Virus record (IMG/VR): IMGVR_UViG_3300010352_001575
Span: 94,206-158,205 of that record
Reading direction: 5' to 3' (one strand)
Length of the DNA: 64,000 nucleotides
DNA from: a virus
Made by a program: the position numbers and the translations under genes. Below, piece by piece: positions 37,231-46,276 of this stretch. The notes beneath the pieces are model-generated. The model worked only from the letters and a program-made list of their open reading frames with translations, had not been told where the DNA came from and ran no database searches. The stretch's first letter is position 1; each line of letters opens with the position of its first letter.

Positions 37231-39491
37231 GGGATACAATGCAGACAGATAGCCAATGGCAGTTTGACACTGAGTTAGCCAAGACAGCGGCCGAAGCTAC
37301 CGCTACACCCAATGCAGGTGGCGTTGTCTCTGACGTGTTTATGCACAATCTAGATAAGGTTTCTAAAAAACTTCAGATACCTGAGCTACTTAGCGGGGCG
37401 TTGGCAGTTCCTGAGCCAGTATCTGCTGAAGGCAGAGAGCCAGTAGCCAACCGGCTAGTAAAAGATAGAAAAACTGAGCGCATAGAGTTAGCTCTTAAGA
37501 AATACAGGCAAAAAGTACTAAACACATATAGCATAGCAATGCAGACACAGCGTGATAGCGTTGAGAAGGGCGCAGACGTGAACGTAGTTGGGCAGAACAT
37601 AACCAAACTAAGCATTGATGCCGCCGCCTTTGAGGATTGTTTTGAGCAGTTTAGCAAGCAGCTGAGGCTCTGGGCAAGTTCATCTCCGAGGTTGCCATCC
37701 TGGGCCATTGGTTACGGAGAGGACAATACCGCGCGCTGGCTAGGCAACAAAGTATTTTCCTTGTTGCTATCTCACATTGCGGCTAGCCGCATACTCATAG
37801 TGCCAGAGGCAGAGGAGATGTCTAGAAATCCCGGGTATGGCACATCAAACGTGTACTTACACCCCAAAACGCTAGCAGAGGCCAAACAAAACTTAGATAA
37901 TTTAGTGGAGTCTCCTGAGTTTGAAGCGTTGCCTGAGGTTATGAAAGACTTGCGCATTAGCCGGGCTAATTTAGATTACTCGTTAGCCAAGATGCGCAAA
38001 AGCTTATCTGTAACCAGTTCTCAAATATCCCTGGTAAGTCTTATAGCTCGTTTAGCCAATCCCAGCGTGTCCAAAACAGGTGGTTCAAGCGACATATCAA
38101 CAGAAGAGTCTAAGAAGCAGCTTTTCAAAGAAACCACAGAAGTTAATGCCGAAGTCCAGCAGGCTATACTAGATTTGCAGGCTGAGGCCAACCAGACGCC
38201 TAGGTATATGGCCGCGTTCAACAAAGCTATTGCAGGGCTTTCGCTAGCCACGCCAGAAGAGGTAAACGCGCTAGCCCAAGATCCATCAGGAAAAAATAAC
38301 AAGGCAGCAAGGATTTTGTCGGCTCAGCAGATCATAACCGACGCGCTAGCTGCTTTTAGCGCCAAGCTGACTGACTTTGTTTCTGCAAACTTTAGATTTG
38401 CAGAAGCAATCGACAACCTAGCTAATGACGCTGTCTTTGAAAACATAGAAGAAGAAGCAAACAAAGCCAAAGAACTAGCGGAAGCCAACATATCTCACGA
38501 AGAAGAGGCGCCTGACGCTTTGATTCCTAAGCCTACCGATCCTGCTGCATATGAAGTAAAGGATACTGTTCTTCCGCCTAAGCCCCAGGAAGATACATCT
38601 ATTCCAAAAGCTAAACGCGTACAAAAGAGTTCAGTTGCCGATATCAGCAAAACCGAGGAGCCAGTAATTATGAGCGATAAAATGCCTTTCCGTGTAGGTA
38701 GCCCTGTCAGGGTATCTGAAGATAACGAGAACTATATAGTCATAGACTCTAGCGAGGCAGATCCTAACATCCGCCTGGTTATCCCGCTTAGCTCAGTTAA
38801 CACGCACCAGTTTGTGTCTCCTATAGCCATATCGGTGGACAAACTATACCCTCTTCGCCGGTTAGCCGCCTCTGCTGGGGATGTGATTACTTCTCCAGAA
38901 GGTGAGCTACTGTGCATCACTGGCTCTGTCAACATCGAGATGGGCACTGGCTCTATCCGGCACGAGGACGGGCGCACCGAGCAAGATTGCGACTTGGAGC
39001 GCTATGGCTTCAAAATGGAAGACCTGCAACCTATAGACCTATTTGTCTGCCCGTTCGAGGGTAGCGTCATAACCGCCGGAGAAGAGCACAATTGCCCGAA
39101 CCGGCCGATGTCTCACTTTGCCTCGGCAGGAGATGAGGCGCTAACTGCAACCTTGCAAGCCAAGCTGGCTGAAGAAGAGAAAGCCAAAGAGCTAAAGAAA
39201 TCTGCCGCGGCCTCTGCAGCTGCCAGCCCCGAGATGTTCAAAAGCGCGATATCTGCTGTGTTAGATAGTCCCGCTAGCGATGAGTTTATTTCCCGCGCGG
39301 AAGAGCCTGAGCTGCTTAACGATATTGAATCGGCGATCCACATAGGCGCATCAGTTAAGAAGCTAGAGCTTAACCGGTTGGGAACCGTGGTAGGAAAGAG
39401 CAAGCGCTGCGTATATGTTCACTGGGCCGATGGTGTAGAAGAGCAGTGCTGGCCTCAGGAACTATCGGTTGCCAAAATTGAGGGTGTGTAA
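37212..39491 (+). CDS. Large hypothetical protein
   Basis: 759-aa ORF with several SH3-like segments (VGSPVRV, IGASVKKL...GTVVG...VHWADG). Confidence 0.7.
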   Translation: MCENTVRDTMQTDSQWQFDTELAKTAAEATATPNAGGVVSDVFMHNLDKVSKKLQIPELLSGALAVPEPVSAEGREPVANRLVKDRKTERIELALKKYRQKVLNTYSIAMQTQRDSVEKGADVNVVGQNITKLSIDAAAFEDCFEQFSKQLRLWASSSPRLPSWAIGYGEDNTARWLGNKVFSLLLSHIAASRILIVPEAEEMSRNPGYGTSNVYLHPKTLAEAKQNLDNLVESPEFEALPEVMKDLRISRANLDYSLAKMRKSLSVTSSQISLVSLIARLANPSVSKTGGSSDISTEESKKQLFKETTEVNAEVQQAILDLQAEANQTPRYMAAFNKAIAGLSLATPEEVNALAQDPSGKNNKAARILSAQQIITDALAAFSAKLTDFVSANFRFAEAIDNLANDAVFENIEEEANKAKELAEANISHEEEAPDALIPKPTDPAAYEVKDTVLPPKPQEDTSIPKAKRVQKSSVADISKTEEPVIMSDKMPFRVGSPVRVSEDNENYIVIDSSEADPNIRLVIPLSSVNTHQFVSPIAISVDKLYPLRRLAASAGDVITSPEGELLCITGSVNIEMGTGSIRHEDGRTEQDCDLERYGFKMEDLQPIDLFVCPFEGSVITAGEEHNCPNRPMSHFASAGDEALTATLQAKLAEEEKAKELKKSAAASAAASPEMFKSAISAVLDSPASDEFISRAEEPELLNDIESAIHIGASVKKLELNRLGTVVGKSKRCVYVHWADGVEEQCWPQELSVAKIEGV

Positions 39492-39497
39492 GTCCCT

Positions 39498-40556
39498 ATG
39501 GGTTCTAGGTTCCCCACCCAGTATAATTCCCCATCATTACCTTGGGGAACTCCGCCGGGAACGATAGACACAGAATTCAAGGTATTGAACACTACTGGGT
39601 CTGTTGCTGCGATATTTTCTGCCGGGAGCGTGGTTGTATCTCACACCAAAGGCGCCTACAACACCGTAGCAGTATCGTGGCCGCCAGTAGCGAGTGCAGT
39701 ATCGTACACAGTATACAGCGGCTTCAGTTTGTACTTTGCTAACGCCGCGGCTGTCGGCACCGTAAACGCTCCCACTGTCTCGTACACATATCAATACTCC
39801 GAGTCTCTGCCTACTGATGTATACCCGCAGGTGTGGGTAAAGGCCAACTTTGCTGCGGTCCCGTCCGTGTTTGTGCAGGCGGATCCAGCTTCTGTAGACA
39901 ACGCCATCGACTATTCTTCCCGGGCCAATAACCCGCTAGAGACTAGCTATGCAGATATCATCATAGACAACGATTATATGCGGTTTACTTTTGCTGAAGT
40001 ACGCCGGCACTTCATTACTATGATGCAAAACGACGGAGAAGATTTTGAGATATATGCGCGCAAATGGGCGGGGCCCGCGTGCGTCTGTCGGCGCAGAACT
40101 GATATGGTGCTAGGAAGAGATCTGATACAGGGCGCCATAGTAGATTCAGAAAAAGGTATTGGCGAAGAGCCGAATATCTACGATGACCCGCCGAACGACG
40201 AAATAAGCCGCTGCTCGTATTGTTTTGGTACCGGCATACAGGGCGGGTATTTCTACAAGTATGAGACCCCACTTAGATATAGCGCTACTCCTGTTCGTCA
40301 AATCGTGTTCGGAAAATATGCACTAGAGTTAAACCAGAATTTCAATACCTGGGGGCTATGGATACCGAAAGTCCACGATAAAGATTTTGTTGTTAGGGTT
40401 AAAACAGGGGAGAGGTATGAGGTCTCCGGCGCCAAGATAGGCGAAATACGCGGTATTCCGATGCATCAAGAAATGCTGCTATCCATTATCAATCCCGGGG
40501 ACATTCGTTACACGATTACCGACGCGGCCATAGCCGCAGGCGAGGCAGCCACTTGA
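39498..40556 (+). CDS. Putative head-closure/neck protein
   Basis: CVC...CSYCFGTGIQGGY Cys motif seen in large-phage neck proteins; N-terminal FN3-like region. Confidence 0.6.
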   Translation: MGSRFPTQYNSPSLPWGTPPGTIDTEFKVLNTTGSVAAIFSAGSVVVSHTKGAYNTVAVSWPPVASAVSYTVYSGFSLYFANAAAVGTVNAPTVSYTYQYSESLPTDVYPQVWVKANFAAVPSVFVQADPASVDNAIDYSSRANNPLETSYADIIIDNDYMRFTFAEVRRHFITMMQNDGEDFEIYARKWAGPACVCRRRTDMVLGRDLIQGAIVDSEKGIGEEPNIYDDPPNDEISRCSYCFGTGIQGGYFYKYETPLRYSATPVRQIVFGKYALELNQNFNTWGLWIPKVHDKDFVVRVKTGERYEVSGAKIGEIRGIPMHQEMLLSIINPGDIRYTITDAAIAAGEAAT

Positions 40557-41446
40557 GCACCACGACTGATGGCTTAACTGTAGTAGACCAGCGGACTATT
40601 GCGCGCGGTACTGGTGCGTACGATACTTTTGACGCAGAGCGTGCCGCCGCATCTGTTTCTGCTGTTGTAGACGCCAACCACGTTACTTATGTTCCGTATG
40701 TGCCTGCAACCGGTTTAGGTGATTACGCCCTGTCAGTGGTGTCTGGAGGCAGCCGGCTCACCTGGTATGGTACTCACAAGCCCGCAGCAGCGGTGTTGTA
40801 CACAGTAACATACACCTGCCACGCGTCTCTTTTGTTTAAGGGCGTAGATTTTATCAAGACAGCCATAGTGAAGTGCCTACGGGTCGCGTACACCGTCCAG
40901 CCGTTTTACACCGATTTCGTATACAACGCTAGTGATGTTCAGACCAAGATATCCATACTGCCAGCGTGGCCTAACCGGGTATTTAAGACTCCTGCCATAA
41001 TAGTATCGGTAGCCCCGGGTGGCGCAATGGAACCAACGCACCTAGCTCAGAACGAGAGCATAGCTATCGTAGAGGACGAGGACGGGAACCCATCCAGCGC
41101 GGTATCTTCCGGTGGTATGGGTATTCCGATATCGATAGAAATAGTTTCTACTCGCAATTCCGACATATGCAAGCTATGCGATTTGACCGTTTTGTTTTTA
41201 AGAACTTTGTTTACCTGGCGGCTGAGCAATTATGGTATCAGCTTCAAGAACATCACTATCGGTGGAGAGGACACCGCCGTTATAAACAATCAAACCTATT
41301 ACAAGATAGCTATATCATTTACCTGCTACACAGAGTATCAAGTAGCACTTCCTATTGCCTTAGTAGACACCATTAACAAAACAAACTTCAAGCTATACGA
41401 CACAGAAAGCGATTTGTTGTTAAACGAGTACGATACACCAGTGTAG
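40553..41446 (+). CDS. Putative tail terminator/completion protein
   Basis: ISILPAWP...PAIIVSV, directly before the sheath module. Confidence 0.5.
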   Translation: MSTTTDGLTVVDQRTIARGTGAYDTFDAERAAASVSAVVDANHVTYVPYVPATGLGDYALSVVSGGSRLTWYGTHKPAAAVLYTVTYTCHASLLFKGVDFIKTAIVKCLRVAYTVQPFYTDFVYNASDVQTKISILPAWPNRVFKTPAIIVSVAPGGAMEPTHLAQNESIAIVEDEDGNPSSAVSSGGMGIPISIEIVSTRNSDICKLCDLTVLFLRTLFTWRLSNYGISFKNITIGGEDTAVINNQTYYKIAISFTCYTEYQVALPIALVDTINKTNFKLYDTESDLLLNEYDTPV

Positions 41447-41450
41447 TCCA

Positions 41451-41483
41451 GTATAATATTATATAAAATTATTAAATATAGAG
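41451..41483 (+). promoter_or_regulatory. Repeated AT-rich motif, copy 5 (abuts tnpB)
   Basis: GTATAATATTATATAAAATTATTAAATATAGAG, identical to copy 3. Confidence 0.8.
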
Positions 41484-42611
41484 TTGCACACGCACAATAT
41501 GAAACTGGTTTTCAAATACACGGCGTACGCCAACAAGCTAACCCAGCGAAGATTTAATGAATCTGCCGGGTTGTGCTGCGATTTGTACAACTTAGCCCTG
41601 GAACAGCGTATAGCTGCGTTTAAGTCCGTGTGTAGCCGGTCGGTGTCTAAGTACGATCAGCAGAACGAATTACCAGAGTTTAAAAAAGCAAATCCAGAGT
41701 TTTCTGGTGTGTATTCTCAAACGCTGCAAAATGTGCTTATTCGTTTAGACAACGCTTTTCAGAGTTTCTTTAAACGCTGCCAGGCACACGAGGCACCTGG
41801 ATTCCCGAGATTTAAGAGCAAAGATAGGTATACCACTATTGTGTATAATACTTCTGGGTACACGATTCGTGGAAAGTATATCACATTCTCCAAGCTTGGT
41901 ACCTTTAAGCTAAAGCTCTCTCGGCCTATACTAGGAGACATTAAGTGCGTTACGCTTACAAAGAAATCCAACGGAAAATTTCAGGTAGCATTCAGCTGCG
42001 ACAATGTTCCTACTAAAATTTTGCCAATAACTGGCAAAGCGATCGGCTTAGACCTCGGATGCACCGATATCGTTTCCGATTCTGCCGGTATAAAAACTGA
42101 GAATCCCAAATTTCTAAAAGTATCGCAAGAAAAGCTTAGAAAATTGCAAGCAAACTACGCAAGCAAAAAGACAGCTAAAGCTCGTAAGTGCTTAGCTAAA
42201 CTGCACGAAAAGGTAGCCAATCAGCGAAAGGACTTTCTGCACAAGCTTAGCCGAAAGTACATAAACGAAAACGATTTGATTTGCGTTGAGAAACTTCAGC
42301 CACAAAAGCTGGCGGATAAGTCGTACAAGAATATTCGTAAATCAATGATAGAAGCATCCTGGGCGATGTTGCTACAGCAACTTCGCTACAAAGCAGAATA
42401 CGCTGGTAGAGACATAGTTGAAGTAAACCCCAGGAACACTTCAAAGATGTGCAGTGACTGCGGCGAACTAGTTGAAAAAACACTAAGCAACAGAATACAT
42501 AAATGCAAATGTGGCCTTAGCATAGACAGAGATGTTAACGCCGCTAAGAACATATTAAGGGCCGGGCAGGCCCCTATCCGAAAGGATAAAATCCTAAGCC
42601 TAAAAGCTTAA
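41484..42611 (+). CDS. tnpB: IS200/IS605-family TnpB RNA-guided nuclease (orphan, no tnpA in window)
   Basis: N-terminal HTH (LYNLALEQR), PGFPRFKS, RuvC-I GLDLG, RuvC-II CVEKL, Zn finger CSDC...CKC, RuvC-III DRDVNAAKNI; all three acidic catalytic residues are present. Confidence 0.95.
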   Translation: MHTHNMKLVFKYTAYANKLTQRRFNESAGLCCDLYNLALEQRIAAFKSVCSRSVSKYDQQNELPEFKKANPEFSGVYSQTLQNVLIRLDNAFQSFFKRCQAHEAPGFPRFKSKDRYTTIVYNTSGYTIRGKYITFSKLGTFKLKLSRPILGDIKCVTLTKKSNGKFQVAFSCDNVPTKILPITGKAIGLDLGCTDIVSDSAGIKTENPKFLKVSQEKLRKLQANYASKKTAKARKCLAKLHEKVANQRKDFLHKLSRKYINENDLICVEKLQPQKLADKSYKNIRKSMIEASWAMLLQQLRYKAEYAGRDIVEVNPRNTSKMCSDCGELVEKTLSNRIHKCKCGLSIDRDVNAAKNILRAGQAPIRKDKILSLKA

Positions 42612-42640
42612 GAATGCCAAATATAGAGATATCTTCAGGA
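42559..42640 (+). ncRNA. Predicted 3' part of the TnpB omega/reRNA (scaffold, right end, guide)
   Basis: Hairpins GGGCC-GGGCA-GGCCC (42559-42573), TATCC-GAAA-GGATA (42575-42588) and TAAGC-CTAAAA-GCTTA, ending ATGCCAA at 42620, similar to IS605 right ends (...ATGTCAA); guide would start at 42621. Confidence 0.55.
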
Positions 42641-42647
42641 GGATAGA

Positions 42648-44204
42648 ATGTCAACATTTTTACCCGGCTTCACCCGGCCGAGATCAGTAGTTTTTCAACA
42701 GGTAGTTTCCGCAAATCCTGCCCTTGTTTCGTTGTTCCCCGCTTGCTTTATCGGCGCCGGAGACAGAAAGAAATGGTATTCCCGTACCCTAGCCGCCGGC
42801 GGCACTGCTTACGGAGCTGAAGTAACCAAAGGTTCTGGAGCTTCTGATGTGTTCTATTCGACTGCAGCTCTAGCTGACGCGGATATGAATGTGTCCATCT
42901 TCGACAAAGATCAGAATGAGTACGTGATGGATGTCGATTGGCAGTTGTTAACCAACACAGCTGGCGTTAACTCCATTGAGTGGTTGACTAGCTCTGTGGC
43001 GCGTGCCCCAATCACTGGTGCGCTATACTATGCCAACTTCAAAATTCCTAAAGTTCCTGTGGTGGACTACCTGCCTCGCAGATTTACAACCTTAAAAGAC
43101 CAGTACGACTGGTCTGGAGAGCCGGGCTACGGAACGCTAGGCGAAGATGTGAACGGTTCCTACCTGCTTAACGGCGCCTCTTGGGGCCCTACCGTCGGTA
43201 TGGCCAATGGCCTGGGCGAGTGGTGGTCAGTAGAGCTAGACCCGTACGACGAAACCACGTACCTATCTCCTGGTGGCATCGAGCTAATTGGCACAGGCAC
43301 TACAATAGATGATGTGTTCACGACCGAGGGAAATCTTCTCACGGCGTTCACACAAGCGCTGACCAAGATTATGGCTATCAAAACTTGGGCGGTTGTGCCA
43401 ACCTTCCCGATGACCTCTACAAAGAGCGCGGGCGCTCAGTACACAGAAGTTAATAAAACTCTGTTGCCGGTTCTCAAACAGCACATCAATGACGCTAGGT
43501 CCATCGCCCAGCAGAAATTCCGCGTAGCGCTTATTGGCGCACCGGTTGGTTCTGACACGGGTATGACCGATCCGACACTGCTATACACCGATGCTCAGGC
43601 AGCTATGGTAAGCCGCGCAATGTCATACTGCGCGCCGTCCACTCCTCAGTATCTGTTCGAGGGCTACCCCAAAGATGTCGATGGTTCTATGATTGCTTCC
43701 GCAATTGCTGGTATAGCGTCTAACCCGAACTTCGACCCGGGCGAGCCAATTGCCGGAAAGCAGCTAGCTGGTTTCTACTCAATACCAACTATCTTCAACA
43801 CTCAGCAGGTTAACCGTCTGGGAGTTGCTGGTGTTCTGCTCGTCGATAGCGTGACTTTCGGAACCCCGGCTGTAATGCTAGACTGCACGACCGACCAAAC
43901 TTCCGGAGTTGCCAGCCAGCTAACATACACGAAAACCGCAGACTTCCTGTCTGAGTCTATTAATGACGCTATCAACAAGGCCGTCATTTACTCTAGAAAT
44001 ATCAAAGGTAGCGCGGCGTCTGCTGTAACGAGCAATGTTACCACGTTGCTGGACAAGGCTATGGAGCTAGGCTTGATAAACGCATATACTCCGGTAGCAG
44101 TGCAGACTAACCCCCAGGAATCCAGGCAGCTAGATGTGGCTACGACTATCACAATAACTCCTCAGATACTGTGGACGTACACTAAACTGGGTATCCAGAT
44201 ATAA
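42648..44204 (+). CDS. Tail sheath protein
   Basis: MSTFLPGFTRPRSV N terminus; C-terminal sheath motifs DGSMIASAIAG, EPIAGKQL, VNRLGVAGVLLV, TTDQT; AGGAGG RBS. Confidence 0.9.
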   Translation: MSTFLPGFTRPRSVVFQQVVSANPALVSLFPACFIGAGDRKKWYSRTLAAGGTAYGAEVTKGSGASDVFYSTAALADADMNVSIFDKDQNEYVMDVDWQLLTNTAGVNSIEWLTSSVARAPITGALYYANFKIPKVPVVDYLPRRFTTLKDQYDWSGEPGYGTLGEDVNGSYLLNGASWGPTVGMANGLGEWWSVELDPYDETTYLSPGGIELIGTGTTIDDVFTTEGNLLTAFTQALTKIMAIKTWAVVPTFPMTSTKSAGAQYTEVNKTLLPVLKQHINDARSIAQQKFRVALIGAPVGSDTGMTDPTLLYTDAQAAMVSRAMSYCAPSTPQYLFEGYPKDVDGSMIASAIAGIASNPNFDPGEPIAGKQLAGFYSIPTIFNTQQVNRLGVAGVLLVDSVTFGTPAVMLDCTTDQTSGVASQLTYTKTADFLSESINDAINKAVIYSRNIKGSAASAVTSNVTTLLDKAMELGLINAYTPVAVQTNPQESRQLDVATTITITPQILWTYTKLGIQI

Positions 44205-44219
44205 CGAGGTAATTAAACA

Positions 44220-44822
44220 ATGCCGAATAACATTGCTGCTCCGCAAACACTAGCTAGACTTAAGCCGTATATCGAGATATACAGTGGGGGTACAGTAGCC
44301 CCCACAGATCTCAAACAGATACCTGCGGCTACCAACGTTGGTACCTCTGCTATCGCTACGGTTAACAAGCTTAGCTTTGAGGTCCAGCGCGACCTAGGCA
44401 AATGGCGCCAGTTTGACCAAGGCAGGATGGGCAGACCCGTCGAAGTAGTTCCTGGCCTTCCGTCTTACTTGATTAAGATGGAAAAAGTTGTGCTATACAA
44501 CAGCCCCAGCGCCGCGGCTGGAAGCAAAGAGCCAGATAACATACTAAGCCTTTTCAAGCTGACAGACAACAGCTTTAAAGGTTTCGACATCATGGACCAG
44601 ATTAAGCCATTGGAGATTAAGGTAAAGCTATACTCTCCAACTACCTCCGCCGGTGCCGTGGTTTCCGGGTATACCCCGCACGTAGTGCTTACCTTCTCAG
44701 GTTTTTGGTTTGAAGGATTGCCAGAGATGGAGTTTGAAGCAGTAGAGGGCGGAAAAGAACAGCTCGTAATCCAAGCCTGCAACGGTGAGGCAGCGAGCAT
44801 GTCTGTAGCTGTTAGCTCCTAA
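44220..44822 (+). CDS. Tail tube protein 1
   Basis: 200-aa ORF after the sheath; WRQFDQG..GRPVEVVPG pattern. Confidence 0.7.
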   Translation: MPNNIAAPQTLARLKPYIEIYSGGTVAPTDLKQIPAATNVGTSAIATVNKLSFEVQRDLGKWRQFDQGRMGRPVEVVPGLPSYLIKMEKVVLYNSPSAAAGSKEPDNILSLFKLTDNSFKGFDIMDQIKPLEIKVKLYSPTTSAGAVVSGYTPHVVLTFSGFWFEGLPEMEFEAVEGGKEQLVIQACNGEAASMSVAVSS

Positions 44823-44831
44823 GGAGTTCTA

Positions 44832-45461
44832 ATGCGGCTGCCGGTTACTATTGGACGGCTGGCTCAAAGCTGCGAGATATACGCCACCACCGGAGGAAAC
44901 CTAGACCCCACAGCCATCATCACATCGGTAATGGGGTCTGCGGTAACAACCGGCGGTGCGTTCAGTCTAGGCGCCAACCTGCTTTCGTTGTTAGGGGCTA
45001 CTGAAAAGATAGGCGCAGTAGAGAAAATCACTCTAACAGATGAGCGAGAGATGAACGCAATTCACTCTATCGGCTCATTCGCCTTCGAGCCCGGAGTGAT
45101 AACCCCGGGAAAAATAACTCACACAATCGCGCTAGATAAGGTAGAGTTAAACAGGGAGTCGGCGCTGGAGTCGTTTGGTTTTACAGGCTGGAACCTGTTT
45201 TATCAGCAGGTGCCGCTGCTGCTAAGGCAAGTATTCACAGATCCGTCGGACGATTCAAAAACATACGACATAATGTATTTGAATTGCTGGATCAAGTCTA
45301 TGGGTCCTGTGACATTCGATTTATCAGGTTCGGGAAGCACGCTAGTAAGAAATTCCCTGACTTTGATATGTGGCAAAATAATAAACTCCAAAGCACTGTT
45401 ATCTAACTTGCTAGGAGCTACCACAAAGGTATCAGGATCATTCAGCGTACCAGGAAGGTAA
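44832..45461 (+). CDS. Tail tube-like protein 2
   Basis: IGAVEKITLTDER.MNAIHSIG...ITPG and YLNCWIKS tube motifs. Confidence 0.65.
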   Translation: MRLPVTIGRLAQSCEIYATTGGNLDPTAIITSVMGSAVTTGGAFSLGANLLSLLGATEKIGAVEKITLTDEREMNAIHSIGSFAFEPGVITPGKITHTIALDKVELNRESALESFGFTGWNLFYQQVPLLLRQVFTDPSDDSKTYDIMYLNCWIKSMGPVTFDLSGSGSTLVRNSLTLICGKIINSKALLSNLLGATTKVSGSFSVPGR

Positions 45462-45464
45462 TAT

Positions 45465-45977
45465 ATGAAAGTCATAAACAAGACAAACCCGCCGGCCCCC
45501 GTATCTGAACCTGTGCAGGCTGCTACTGCTGCACCCGAGCAGATAACGCCATTCTCTGAGCTCAAGGATTTGATCGGAACCGCTTCGGTAGTTTTTACTG
45601 GGATATATTCTAAAGAGCTAGAGGTAGTCCCTGGCTATCTGGTTAAATTCAAAACTTTGAGCAACGCGGATAATCTAAAGATGGCTGAGATGGTAAAGGT
45701 ATCCGAGTCCACCACAACAGCTCAGTACTTAGAGGCTGCAATAGTGCCAACACTTACATACGCGATTGATAGCATACGCGTCGTTGATCCTGCCGGCGAT
45801 AAGGTTAGCACTTTCAATTCCGACGACCCTAAAATAGAAGACGCGCGCCGAAAGGAGTTGCATGCGCAGCTATCTTCCAAAGTGCCGCAGGCTTTCTTAA
45901 ATCTTTTGTTTAGCAAGTACCTGGATGTCGTGGCTGAATTCAGGGATATAATGCAAACGGGTGTTAAAAAAAAATAG
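45465..45977 (+). CDS. Tail assembly chaperone (G-like); -1 frameshift extends it to 46276
   Basis: Lies between tubes and tape measure; ends GTT AAA AAA AAA TAG. Confidence 0.7.
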   Translation: MKVINKTNPPAPVSEPVQAATAAPEQITPFSELKDLIGTASVVFTGIYSKELEVVPGYLVKFKTLSNADNLKMAEMVKVSESTTTAQYLEAAIVPTLTYAIDSIRVVDPAGDKVSTFNSDDPKIEDARRKELHAQLSSKVPQAFLNLLFSKYLDVVAEFRDIMQTGVKKK

Positions 45978-46276
45978 TATTTGATGTAAACTACGCCCGG
46001 AAGTTATGGAGTATCTGCTCATATTTCAAAGTTCTGCCCACAGACCCTAAGTTAAAGCAGCTAGAGCCGTTTCAGATGTTGTGGATTATGCAGAATATAG
46101 AGCAAGATACGAAAGAAGCTATGTCCGCGCACACAACCAAGCCAGCGGACGCAAGCAACATCGAGACTACAAAATCATCTGCATTTAGTTTCAATGCAGA
46201 CGAATTAGTAGATTCCGGTCAGCTCGGAAAGATTCTAAGTATGGCGGATAGCACAACTACAGAAAATGGCGCCTAA
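45974..46276 (+). CDS. Frameshift extension of the tail chaperone (T-like segment)
   Basis: The -1 frame from the A9 run is open: IVFDVNYARKLWSICSYFKVLPTDPKLKQLEPFQMLWIMQNIEQ..., contiguous with listed ORF 46076..46276. Confidence 0.7.
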   Translation: MVFDVNYARKLWSICSYFKVLPTDPKLKQLEPFQMLWIMQNIEQDTKEAMSAHTTKPADASNIETTKSSAFSFNADELVDSGQLGKILSMADSTTTENGA

